Translations under genes and position numbers: made by a program
Part shown: positions 46,690-63,918 of the stretch, piece after piece
Layout of the letters: every line of letters starts with the position of its first letter
How positions within the stretch are numbered: the first letter of the stretch is position 1
Source of the DNA: Candidatus Fervidifonticultor secundus
GTDB lineage: Bacteria > Sysuimicrobiota > Sysuimicrobiia > Sysuimicrobiales > Humicultoraceae
Reading direction: 5' to 3'
DNA length: 64,000 nucleotides
Assembly (NCBI GenBank): GCA_031459385.1
Contig: JAVKIP010000006.1
Location: 64,001-128,000, forward strand
The notes under the pieces: generated by a model
Databases searched by the model: none
What the model was told of the DNA's origin: nothing
Seen by the model: only the letters and a program-made list of their open reading frames with translations

Positions 46690-47904
46690 GTGACGCGATC
46701 GCTCTGGCTGGACGAATCCTACGCGGCGCGCCCCGCCCTGCGCGGCGAGACCCGCGCCAGCGTAGCCATCATCGGCGCCGGCCTGACCGGTGTCTCCACC
46801 GCGTACTGGCTGGCCGAGCGGCGCGTGACCGCAGTGGTGCTGGACGCCGAGGCCATCGCCGCCGGGGCCACCGGCCGCAACGGCGGCTTTCTGCTGGAGG
46901 GGACTTCACCCGACTTCACCGACCTCGCGACGCGCTACGGGCGGCAGGCCGCCCGCGACCTGTGGGCGTTCACCGCCGAGAACCGGCGGCGGCTCCTGGA
47001 TGTCTGCGCGCGCGAGGGCCTGGCCTGCGAGGTCGAGCCCGGCGGCAGCATCGCGCTGGCTGCCTCAGAGCAGGCCGCGGCCATCCTCGAGGGCAACGCA
47101 CAGGCGCTCGCCGAGGACGGCTATCCGTGCCAGTGGCTGGACCGCCAGGCGGTGGGCGCGCTACTCCAGGGCGCGCCGCTGGCCCGCACCGTTGTGGCGG
47201 GACTGCTGAACCCGCGCGACGTCGGCATCAATCCGGCGAGGCTGACCCGCGGGCTGGCCGAGGTGGCCGCGCGCCGCGGCGCGCGCATCTACGAGCGCAC
47301 ACCCGCGCGCGCGCTGGCCGGTGGCGGGGCCTCGTGGACGGTCACCACCCCCGAGGGCACGGTGCGGGCCGAGGCCGTCGTGCTGGCGCTCAATGCCTAC
47401 GCAGCCCTCGTGGATCCTGCGTGGCAGGACGTCATCCGGCCCATTCGGGGACAGGTCCTGGCCACCGCCCCGGTGTCGCAGCGCCTCTTCCGCCACCTGT
47501 GGTACGCGCACGGGGGCGTAGACTACTGGCGGCAGCTGGCGAACGGCCGCGTGCTGCTGGGCGGCCTGCGGCGTCTTGCGGCCTCCGAGGAGGTGGGCAC
47601 CGACGATCGGCTGCACCCGCGCATCCAGCGGGCGCTCGACGGGTACCTGCGCGACCTCGGCGTCCCGCCGGTGGCGGTCACGCACCGCTGGAGCGGCATC
47701 CTGGGCCTGAGCCCCGACCGGCTGCCCCTCATCGGCCCCGTCCCCGGCCGGCCGCGCCTGTTCATGGCCGGCGGCTACTCGGGGCAGGGCCTGGCCTTCG
47801 CGTTCCTCGCAGGGCGGATGCTGGCGGAGCTACTCACGACCGGCACGACGACGTATCCGCGGCTGCTGTATCCGGAGCGCGTGTGGCGCGGTGCAGCCCC
47901 ATGA
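46690..47904 (+). CDS. FAD-dependent amine/amino-acid oxidoreductase (DAO/PuuB-like)
   Basis: 'IIGAGLTG', 'GATGRNGG', 'DRLPLIG', 'GYSGQG'. Confidence 0.87.
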   Translation: MTRSLWLDESYAARPALRGETRASVAIIGAGLTGVSTAYWLAERRVTAVVLDAEAIAAGATGRNGGFLLEGTSPDFTDLATRYGRQAARDLWAFTAENRRRLLDVCAREGLACEVEPGGSIALAASEQAAAILEGNAQALAEDGYPCQWLDRQAVGALLQGAPLARTVVAGLLNPRDVGINPARLTRGLAEVAARRGARIYERTPARALAGGGASWTVTTPEGTVRAEAVVLALNAYAALVDPAWQDVIRPIRGQVLATAPVSQRLFRHLWYAHGGVDYWRQLANGRVLLGGLRRLAASEEVGTDDRLHPRIQRALDGYLRDLGVPPVAVTHRWSGILGLSPDRLPLIGPVPGRPRLFMAGGYSGQGLAFAFLAGRMLAELLTTGTTTYPRLLYPERVWRGAAP

Positions 47905-47924
47905 TGCACGGGGGTACGCCGCGC

Positions 47925-52194
<4,270 letters not shown>

Positions 52195-52196
52195 GG

Positions 52197-52234
52197 TGTG
52201 CATAAAAATACCACAAAGAGAATAGATATGCAAC
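52197..52234 (-). promoter_or_regulatory. carAB promoter overlapped by tandem ARG boxes (ArgR operator)
   Basis: AT-rich patch with TGCATAAAAATACC (52199) and AGAATAGATATGCA (52219) 20 bp apart; minus strand TTGCAT-17-TATTTT. Confidence 0.72.
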
Positions 52235-52532
52235 TCGGCTCAGGCGTGGCCAGGGCCACGCCGGCCAGGCGCAGGGCCCCCAGGGGGAAGGCGGCGCCCG
52301 CCGCCAGCAGGCTGCCCATCGTCTTCCCAGCTGCCGCGGAAGGAAAGATGCTCTCGCGGTCCCAGGTGCGCTCGCGGGCCATGGCGCCGCGCGGGGGGAA
52401 TGCTGATCGTGGTCATGGCCTCCTCCGGCCGGTCACGCGCATCTCGCTCGAACCTCCGACAGGAACGCTCCGCAGCATCCGCGAACATTGAGCCGGCCGG
52501 GTGCCCATGCTGCCGCCACCGCGCACTGTCGC

Positions 52533-53318
52533 ATGACTCCCAGGATCACCCTCACCGAGGTGTCCAAGGTCTACCGCGCCGGGACCCGCGCGGTGCGCGC
52601 GCTCGACCGGGTATCGCTGCAGGTGGCCGACGGTGAGTTCGTCTGCATCGTGGGCCCCTCGGGGTGCGGCAAGTCCACGCTGCTCCGAATCCTGGCCGGC
52701 CTCGTCCCCCAGACGTCCGGCACGGTGACCATCCGGGGCAGCGCCCGCGGCAAACCCATGCACAGTCTGGTCTTCCAGGAGTACGCGATCTTCCCCTGGA
52801 AGACCGTCCTCGAGAACGTGGCATTCGGGCTGGAGATGCGCGGGGTGCCGCGCCGCGAGCGCGAGACGGTCGCGCGCCAGTGGATCGTCCGCGTGGGGCT
52901 CGCCGAGTTCGCCGACGCCTACCCCCGCCAGCTCTCGGGCGGCATGCGCCAGCGGGTGGGTATCGCCCGTGCCTTCGCCAACGATCCCGAGGTGCTGCTC
53001 ATGGACGAGCCGCTGGGCGCGCTGGACGCCCAGACGCGCCTGCTCCTGATGGACGAGCTGCTGCGGCTGTGGCAGGCGGACCGCAAGACGGTCGTCTACA
53101 TCACCCACGACATCGAAGAGGCGGTCCTGCTGGGCGACCGCGTGATCCTGATGACGGCCCGCCCGGGCACCTGGAAAGCCGAGTTCGCCGTGCCGTTTGC
53201 CCGGCCGCGCGGCCTGGACGTCATGGCAACGCCGGCCTTCGCGGGGTTGACCTACCGGATCTGGGAAGCCTTGCGGGACGAGGCGCTGGCGGCGATGCGG
53301 GCCGGGGCGGCGCCGTGA
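52533..53318 (+). CDS. NitT/TauT ABC ATP-binding protein
   Basis: 'GPSGCGKST', 'LSGGMRQR', 'LLMDEP'. Confidence 0.93.
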   Translation: MTPRITLTEVSKVYRAGTRAVRALDRVSLQVADGEFVCIVGPSGCGKSTLLRILAGLVPQTSGTVTIRGSARGKPMHSLVFQEYAIFPWKTVLENVAFGLEMRGVPRRERETVARQWIVRVGLAEFADAYPRQLSGGMRQRVGIARAFANDPEVLLMDEPLGALDAQTRLLLMDELLRLWQADRKTVVYITHDIEEAVLLGDRVILMTARPGTWKAEFAVPFARPRGLDVMATPAFAGLTYRIWEALRDEALAAMRAGAAP

Positions 53319-54106
53319 GCCCCGACGGCCGCGACCGCCTGCTGGCCGTCGGCGCACCGGCTGCGCTGGTCGTGCTGTGGGAAGCGGCCGTCGCGACCCG
53401 GGTGCTCGACCCGCGCTTCTTCCCCCCGCCCTCGCTGGTGGTCCTGACCCTGGCGCGGCTGGTGGCCGACGGCACGCTGGTGCAGCACACGCTGGTGAGC
53501 GTGGCGCGGGTGCTGGGGGGCTTCGCCATCGGGGGCGGCGCCGGGCTGCTGCTGGGCCTGCTGCTCGGCGTCGCCCGGCCGCTGCGGGTAGCGCTCGACC
53601 CGGTGATCTCGGCCCTCTACGTGATCCCCAAAGTGGCCATCCTGCCGCTGGTGATGCTCATCTTCGGGCTCGGAGAAGCGGCCAAGGTCGCTATCGTGGC
53701 GATTGCGACGTTCTTCGTAGTCGTGATCAACACCACCGCGGCGGTGATCGGCATCGAGCCGATCTACCTCGAGGCCGGCCGGGCCTTCGGCGCCCGGGGC
53801 GCGGGTATGTTCGCCCACATCGTGCTGCCGGGGGCGCTGCCGGCCATCTTCACCGGCCTGCGCCTGGCCCTGGGGACCGCGCTTATCGTCGTCATCGCGG
53901 CGGAGTTCGTCGCGGCCAAGGAAGGCATCGGCTACTTCATCTGGTTCGCGTGGAACACGCTGCGACCCGAGGCGATGTTCGCGGGCTTCATCGTCATCGG
54001 CGCCCTCGGTATGCTGTCATACGCGGCCGTGCACTGGGCCGGCGCCCGCCTGATGCCCTGGCGGGAGGACGGGCCGGCGCACGAGGGCCGGGCGGAAGGC
54101 GCCTGA
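53315..54106 (+). CDS. NitT/TauT ABC permease
   Basis: 'FFPPPS', 'IPKVAILP', 'VIAAEF..GIG'. Confidence 0.92.
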   Translation: MSPDGRDRLLAVGAPAALVVLWEAAVATRVLDPRFFPPPSLVVLTLARLVADGTLVQHTLVSVARVLGGFAIGGGAGLLLGLLLGVARPLRVALDPVISALYVIPKVAILPLVMLIFGLGEAAKVAIVAIATFFVVVINTTAAVIGIEPIYLEAGRAFGARGAGMFAHIVLPGALPAIFTGLRLALGTALIVVIAAEFVAAKEGIGYFIWFAWNTLRPEAMFAGFIVIGALGMLSYAAVHWAGARLMPWREDGPAHEGRAEGA

Positions 54107-54130
54107 CGCGCCGGGGAGGAGAGCAGGAGC

Positions 54131-55183
54131 ATGGGACGCACGCGCTCGTGGGTGAGCACGGCCCGCCACGCGGGCCTGGCGCTCGTGGTGGGGCTGCTGG
54201 TGACGGCGCATCTGGCCGGGGGCGCGGTGCCCGGGCGGGCCGGGGCGCCGCTGGAGAAAGTGGTGGTGGCCCACGTGCCGCTCATCAACTTCGCCACGCT
54301 CTACGTCGCGGTCGAGCGGGGCTTCATGGCGCAGCAGGGCATCGAGGTCGAGCTGGTGCGCGTCGCCTCGGGCACGGAGGCTCTGGTGTTCCTGGCCCAG
54401 GACCGCCTCGATGTGGGCGCCATCGGCCTGGCAGCGTCCATCTTCAACGCCTTCAACCGCCGGCTGGACCTGCGCATCGTGGCCTCGACCTCGTCGTGGG
54501 GCCAGCGCCACGGCACCAAGATCCTGACCCGCGTCGACCTCTTCGACGCAGGCGAGGTGCGCTCGGTGCGCGACCTGAAGGGGCGACGGGTGGCGGTGGC
54601 GGGCGGCCCGGGCTCGGCCGGCCACTACCTCTTCCTGCTGGGTGCCCGGCGCGGCGGCATCGGCCCCCGTGACTTCGAGCTGGTCAACCTGCCCAACCCC
54701 AACCACGGGGCCGCGCTGGCCCAGGGGCGCGTGGATGCTTCGTTGACGGGCTCGCCGTTCGCGGCGGCGGCGCTGGCGCAGGTGCTGGCCCGGCCGCTGC
54801 TGGAGAACTTCGCGCCCGGCACGGCCACCACGGTCTTCGCGTATTCGGGCGGGTTCATGCGCACGCGCCCGGCGACCGCCACCCGGTTCCTGGCCGCGCT
54901 GATCCAGGCGGCGCGCGCCATGCAGGGCCAGAAGTACTTCGATGAGGAGAACCTGGCGGCGTACAGGAAGTACACGGGCGTTCGCGACGAGGTGCTGCGG
55001 GCCGAGGTCCCCCTGCTCTACTATCCGGACATGCGCATCGTCACCGGCACCATCGTCGATATGGAGAAGACGTTCCGCGAGGCCGGGCTCGCCGACTACA
55101 CTGCGCCGCTGCCGCTGGAGGCGATGGTCACCACGACGTTTCAGCAGGAGGCGCTGGCACGGCTGGGACGCGCGAACCCTTGA
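54131..55183 (+). CDS. NitT/TauT ABC substrate-binding protein
   Basis: Signal peptide, 'YVAVERGF..GIEVEL', 'DLKGRRVAV'. Confidence 0.9.
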   Translation: MGRTRSWVSTARHAGLALVVGLLVTAHLAGGAVPGRAGAPLEKVVVAHVPLINFATLYVAVERGFMAQQGIEVELVRVASGTEALVFLAQDRLDVGAIGLAASIFNAFNRRLDLRIVASTSSWGQRHGTKILTRVDLFDAGEVRSVRDLKGRRVAVAGGPGSAGHYLFLLGARRGGIGPRDFELVNLPNPNHGAALAQGRVDASLTGSPFAAAALAQVLARPLLENFAPGTATTVFAYSGGFMRTRPATATRFLAALIQAARAMQGQKYFDEENLAAYRKYTGVRDEVLRAEVPLLYYPDMRIVTGTIVDMEKTFREAGLADYTAPLPLEAMVTTTFQQEALARLGRANP

Positions 55184-55208
55184 CAGTACCCGTTCCCGCC
55201 GGTACATT
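55180..55208 (+). promoter_or_regulatory. Sigma70 promoter of the gltB leader
   Basis: TTGACA-17 nt-TACATT. Confidence 0.75.
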
Positions 55209-55265
55209 CGGCACAACAGCGGGCCGGCCGCCGTGACGCGGCCTGGTACGGGGGCCCGCGACGCT

Positions 55266-55380
55266 GAGGAAGTGCGCCTAGGGTTCCGCGGTCCGATCGG
55301 GACCGGACTGGTTCGAGCGGCGCAGGCGGCAGACGGAGCCGCTACACCGTCGGGACAGAAGCCCGAGGGGTAGGTTCCTC
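55266..55380 (+). ncRNA. ykkC-family riboswitch aptamer, probably subtype 2a (ppGpp)
   Basis: GGAAGTG..CCTAGGGTTCCG..CGAGCGG..ACACCGT.GGGACAGAAGCCCGAG..; P0 helix GAGGAA/TTCCTC; upstream of glutamate synthase. Confidence 0.85.
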
Positions 55381-55439
55381 GAGTCCGGAGGTCTGCCTCC
55401 GGTTCCCCACGCGGGGAGGAGCCCATCCCTCGGGTTTTT
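55359..55439 (+). terminator. Riboswitch expression-platform intrinsic terminator
   Basis: AAGCCCGAGGGGTAGGTTCCTC pairs with GAGGAGCCCATCCCTCGGGTTT, followed by a T-run. Confidence 0.75.
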
Positions 55440-55504
55440 GCATGCGTGACGTGCCCGGGCCCGGTGCCGGGAACGGGCGCAGACGACGATCGCGGTGAGA
55501 GGGC

Positions 55505-60028
<4,524 letters not shown>

Positions 60029-60078
60029 CCGCGGGCCACTGGGTCCGCACCCGGCGGTGGACCTGCTATCCTGGTCGC

Positions 60079-60525
60079 ATGGTGGCGCTGATCGAGCTCA
60101 TCGTGCGCGCGGTCATCGCGACAGGCGACCGGATTCTCGTGGCCCGCAAGCCCGGCGCTGCCCACACCTTCCTCCCCGGCGGCCACGTCGAACCGGGGGA
60201 GCCGGCCGCGGCCGCGGTGCTGCGCGAGCTGCGCGAGGAACTGGGGATGACCGGCCGGGTCGAGCGGTTCCTGGGCGCCGTCGAACACGGGTGGAGGACC
60301 GCCGACGGAGCCGCCCATGAGCTGAACCTGCTCTTCCTGGTCACCGCCCCCGGCCTGGGGCTGGCCACCCCACCCGTGCCGCGGGAACCGCACCTGCAGT
60401 TCTTCTGGCACCCGCTCGACCGCCTGAACGACGCGCGGCTGGAGCCGTGGATCCTTCGAACGGTCCTCCCCGGCTGGCTGGCCTCCGACGGGCCGGGGTG
60501 GGCGAGCACCCTGGCCGTGCAATAA
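60079..60525 (+). CDS. NUDIX hydrolase
   Basis: Nudix box 'PGGHVEPGEPAAAAVLRELREELG'. Confidence 0.9.
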   Translation: MVALIELIVRAVIATGDRILVARKPGAAHTFLPGGHVEPGEPAAAAVLRELREELGMTGRVERFLGAVEHGWRTADGAAHELNLLFLVTAPGLGLATPPVPREPHLQFFWHPLDRLNDARLEPWILRTVLPGWLASDGPGWASTLAVQ

Positions 60526-60577
60526 ACTGGCCGCCCGGGCCCGTCTCTTGGGACAGGCAGCACCCTGGGGGGGACGC

Positions 60578-61176
60578 ATGGCCGAACTTTCGTCTGTACC
60601 CCGTACGGGCTTCGAGGACGTCGTCACGCCCCACCTCGACTACCTGTACGCCGTGGCCGTGCGGCTGTGCGGCGACCGGACGGCCGCCGAGGACCTCGTG
60701 CAGGAGGCGCTGTTGCGCGCATTCCGGGGCTTTGGAGGCCTGCGCAATCGGGACCGTCCCCGCCCGTGGTTGACGCGCATCTCACCCGAGTCTACTTCGA
60801 CCGCGTAGACGCCGCGACGCACGCGCCGGCGGTCGAGCCCGGCGACGACCGCTTCGATCTCTTCGACAAGATCGTCGAGGAAGACCCGTTCCCGTACTCC
60901 GACCGGGTGCACCTCGACTTCCTCGAGCTGTTCGACGACGCCCGCATCATCGAGGTCCTGCAGCGGGTGCACCCTCTGCACCGCGCGGCCATGATCCTCG
61001 CTTACGTCCATGAGTACAAGGCACGCGAGATCGCGGAGATGACCGGCCGGCCGTTGGGCACGGTGCTGTCCTGGCTGCACCGCGGTCGCCGCCAGCTGGA
61101 GCGCGAACTCTGGGAGTACGCGGAGCACCACCGGCTCCTCACGCCGCACCGGGAGGCTTCTCGTGATCAGCTGTAA
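60578..61176 (+). CDS. ECF sigma factor, frameshifted near 60781 (sequencing error or recent pseudogene)
   Basis: Region 2 'AEDLVQEALLRA..WLTRI' in one frame, 'LTRVYFD..EIAEMTGRPLGTVLSWLHRGR' (region 4) in another; adding one C (ATCTC to ATCCTC) restores it. Confidence 0.85.
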
Positions 61177-61402
61177 GGACGCCGTAGCACGGCTGTGGGC
61201 GTACCTCGACCGCAACCTCGGGCGGGTCGAGGAGCGCGAGATGGAAGAGCACCTCGGGCTGTGCCGCCACTGCTGCGGGGAGCTGGAGTTCGCCCGGCAA
61301 CTCCGCGAGCGGTTGCGGCAGGAGGGCCCGGCAGTGACGCTGGCCCCGGAGGTCCGCCGCAAGCTCGAGGCGTTCATCACGAACCTGGGAGGACAGCGAT
61401 GA
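61163..61402 (+). CDS. Zinc-finger (zf-HC2) anti-sigma factor
   Basis: 'C...LWAYLD...EEHLGLCRHC' HxxxCxxC motif; overlaps the sigma 3' end. Confidence 0.88.
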   Translation: MISCKDAVARLWAYLDRNLGRVEEREMEEHLGLCRHCCGELEFARQLRERLRQEGPAVTLAPEVRRKLEAFITNLGGQR

Positions 61403-62222
61403 GCGCCCACGTCCCCCACCCGGCGGTGCGCGCCACCGACGACCTGCTGGACCAGGAGGGGATCCGGGACCTCGTCCGGCAGGCCTACCGCGCGGTCATC
61501 GGGACCAGGACCAGCGTGGCCGAGCGCCTCTACACGCCGGAGCAGCTGCGCCTGCTGCCCCAGGGCGCCCTCGAGCAGGCGCTGGGCGTGGGCAACCCCG
61601 TGCGCGCGGCCGCGCTTTGCCCCGGCGAGGTCGTCGTCGATCTGGGCTGTGGCGGCGGGATCGACACGATCCTGGCCGCGCACGCGGTGGCCCCCGACGG
61701 CAGGGCGATCGGGCTGGACATGCTGCCGGAGATGCTGGCAGTGGCCGCTGCCAACGCCCGGGCCGCGGGCGTGACCAACGTCGAGTGGCTGCGGGGGAGA
61801 TCGAGGCGATCCCGCTGCCCGAGGCCAGCGTGGACGTGGCCATCAGCAACGGTGTCCTGAACCTCTCGCCGCGCAAGTCGCGGGCGTTCGCCGAGGTGTT
61901 CCGCATCCTGCGGCCGGGCGGTCGCATGGTGGTAGCGGACATCGTCGTCGACGAGGACCTGCCGCCGCAGGTGCTCACCAGCGCGGCGGCCTGGGCGGGC
62001 TGACTCTCGGGCGCCCTGGCGGAGCGTGTCTTCGTCAGCAAACTCCAGAAGATCGGGTTCACCGAGATCGCACGCGGCGAGGAGCTGCCCTTCGGCATAG
62101 ACGAGTGCGAGCAGTACCCGCTGTTCACCCCGGAGCTGATCGCGCTCATGCGCCGGCTCATCCCGCCGCAGCGGCAGCCGCACGTGGCGCGGTCGGTCAT
62201 CTTCGCGGCGCGGAAGCCGTAG
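61399..62222 (+). CDS. ArsM-like SAM methyltransferase, candidate selenoprotein (in-frame TGA 62001-62003; frameshift at the G-run 61793-61797)
   Basis: 'LGVGNP..PGEVVVDLGCGGGID..GLDM', 'EIEAIPL..SVDVAISNGVLNL', 'WAG*LSGAL'; coding frame continues 73 codons to TAG. Confidence 0.8.
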
Positions 62223-62283
62223 GAAAGGGTGCGCCGGGGCGCACCGGCGCCGGCGGATGCACCATCGGAGGGGCTGAGCGGTC

Positions 62284-62853
62284 ATGACCTGGGTGCGCAC
62301 GCTGGACGAGGACGAGGTTGCAGACGAGCTGCGGCCGCTCTACGAGGCCGAACTGGCGCGGCTGGGCTTCGTCATGGAGGCCACGAAAGCGCTCTCGCTG
62401 CGGCCGCGGCTGGCGGCGGCCCTGGAGACCTTCACGGCAGCAGTAAAACAGGAGTCGGCGCTGACGCCCCAGGAGCGTCGCCTGATCAGCCTGCTCGTCG
62501 CCCATCGCCTGCGGTCGACGTACTGCGTGCTGGTCTACGCCGTAGACGTCGAGCGCGACCTGGGCGGGCTGGCGCGCGTGCGAGCCGTGCTGCGCGACTA
62601 CCGCACCGCCGGCCTGACCCCGCGGGAGGTGGCGATCCTCGACTACGCCCTGGCGGCCGCCACCGGGCACCCCACCGCCGAGCACGTCGCCGGGCTGCGG
62701 GCTGCGGGACTGGACGACGGCGCCATCATCGACGTGGCGGTCTGGGCCAACCTGCGGGCCCTGCGCAGCCGGGTCTATGAGGCGCTGGGCGTCGAGACCG
62801 ACCCGTTCTTCCTTGAGCAGGCCGACCTGGTCGAGGCTGTCGCAGCGCGGTAG
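62284..62853 (+). CDS. AhpD/CMD-like peroxidase-related protein
   Basis: 'MTWVRTL', 'LSLRP', 'ERRLISLLVA..RSTYC', 'LTPREVAILDYA', 'LRAAGLDD'. Confidence 0.78.
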   Translation: MTWVRTLDEDEVADELRPLYEAELARLGFVMEATKALSLRPRLAAALETFTAAVKQESALTPQERRLISLLVAHRLRSTYCVLVYAVDVERDLGGLARVRAVLRDYRTAGLTPREVAILDYALAAATGHPTAEHVAGLRAAGLDDGAIIDVAVWANLRALRSRVYEALGVETDPFFLEQADLVEAVAAR

Positions 62854-62884
62854 AGAACGTCAGAGAGAACAGGGGGGATCTGCT

Positions 62885-63277
62885 ATGGCACTGTCACGCA
62901 GGCAGCTCCTGAAAGCCATCGGCGCCACGGCCGCCGGTGTCACCGCGGTCGAACTCGCCAGCGCCGAACTCGTCTCGCAGGCCCTGGCGCAGGTCCGCAC
63001 CGACACGCTCGCCGACCATGCCCTCGCCAACATCCCCGGTGTCACGCGGGTGACGCTGATCCAGGCGGTGCTCCCACCCGGGACCCGCGTCACCACCCCG
63101 GCGGGGACGACACTCTTCTGCTGGATGGTCTCGGGCCAGGCCTATCTCACCCTCGGCGGACAGACCAGACGGTACGGGGTGGGCGAGAGTTTCATCGTCC
63201 CCAAGGGCGCCGCGCGGATCGAGGGAAACGACGCGCGGGAAGACAACGTGCAGCTGGTCTTCTCGATCGCCCACTAG
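62885..63277 (+). CDS. Tat-exported small cupin-fold protein
   Basis: 'LSRRQLLK' signal; 'FCWMVSGQAYLTLGG..YGVGESFIVPKG'. Confidence 0.7.
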   Translation: MALSRRQLLKAIGATAAGVTAVELASAELVSQALAQVRTDTLADHALANIPGVTRVTLIQAVLPPGTRVTTPAGTTLFCWMVSGQAYLTLGGQTRRYGVGESFIVPKGAARIEGNDAREDNVQLVFSIAH

Positions 63278-63315
63278 GCGCGCGGGACGCGCACACCACC
63301 AGGGAGGTGACGGCT

Positions 63316-63918
63316 ATGGGGTACGAGCTGGAAGGCGCGCTGCTGGAAGCCTGCTCATGTGCAGCCGTGTGCCCCTGCTGGGTCGGGCAGGACCCCGACG
63401 GCGGGGCCTGCAACGGGCTCATCGCCTACCATTACGACCGCGGGCAGATCAACGGGGTCGACGTGGCGGGCCTGACCCTGGCCCTGGTCGTGCAGATTCC
63501 CGGGAACGTCCTCAAGGGCAACTGGAAGGCCGTGGTCTTCGTCGACAGCAGGGCCACGCCGCAGCAGAAGGAGGCTATCCTGGCGGCGCACACGGGGAAG
63601 CTTGGCGGACCGCTGGCCGACCTGGCACCCCTTGTGGGTGAGGTCCTCGGCGTCTACGACGCGCCCATCGACTTCAGCTTCCATGAGGGCAAGGGACGCA
63701 TCACGATCGGTGACGCGGTGACCAGCGAGATGGAGCCCCTGACGGACCTCCAGGGCCACCCCACGAAGCTCGTCGACAGCATCTTCTCGACCATCCCCGG
63801 CTCTGCGGCCTTCGTCGGCAGAGCGCCCGCGTTCCGGGCCGACGTCCCGCAGCACCGCATCCGATGGGAGTACAGCGGGCGCAACGCGGTGCTGGGGCCG
63901 TTCAGCTTCGCCGCCTGA
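63316..63918 (+). CDS. DUF1326 domain protein (Cys-rich, putative metal binding)
   Basis: 'LEACSCAAVCPCW..PDGGAC', 'VDVAGL', 'GNW..FVD.RAT'. Confidence 0.85.
   Translation: MGYELEGALLEACSCAAVCPCWVGQDPDGGACNGLIAYHYDRGQINGVDVAGLTLALVVQIPGNVLKGNWKAVVFVDSRATPQQKEAILAAHTGKLGGPLADLAPLVGEVLGVYDAPIDFSFHEGKGRITIGDAVTSEMEPLTDLQGHPTKLVDSIFSTIPGSAAFVGRAPAFRADVPQHRIRWEYSGRNAVLGPFSFAA

Noticed and set aside
55214..55380. T-box or c-di-AMP riboswitch in the gltB leader
   Set aside because: No T-box UGGNACC antiterminator with a specifier stem, and no ydaO motifs; the ykkC motifs fit far better.
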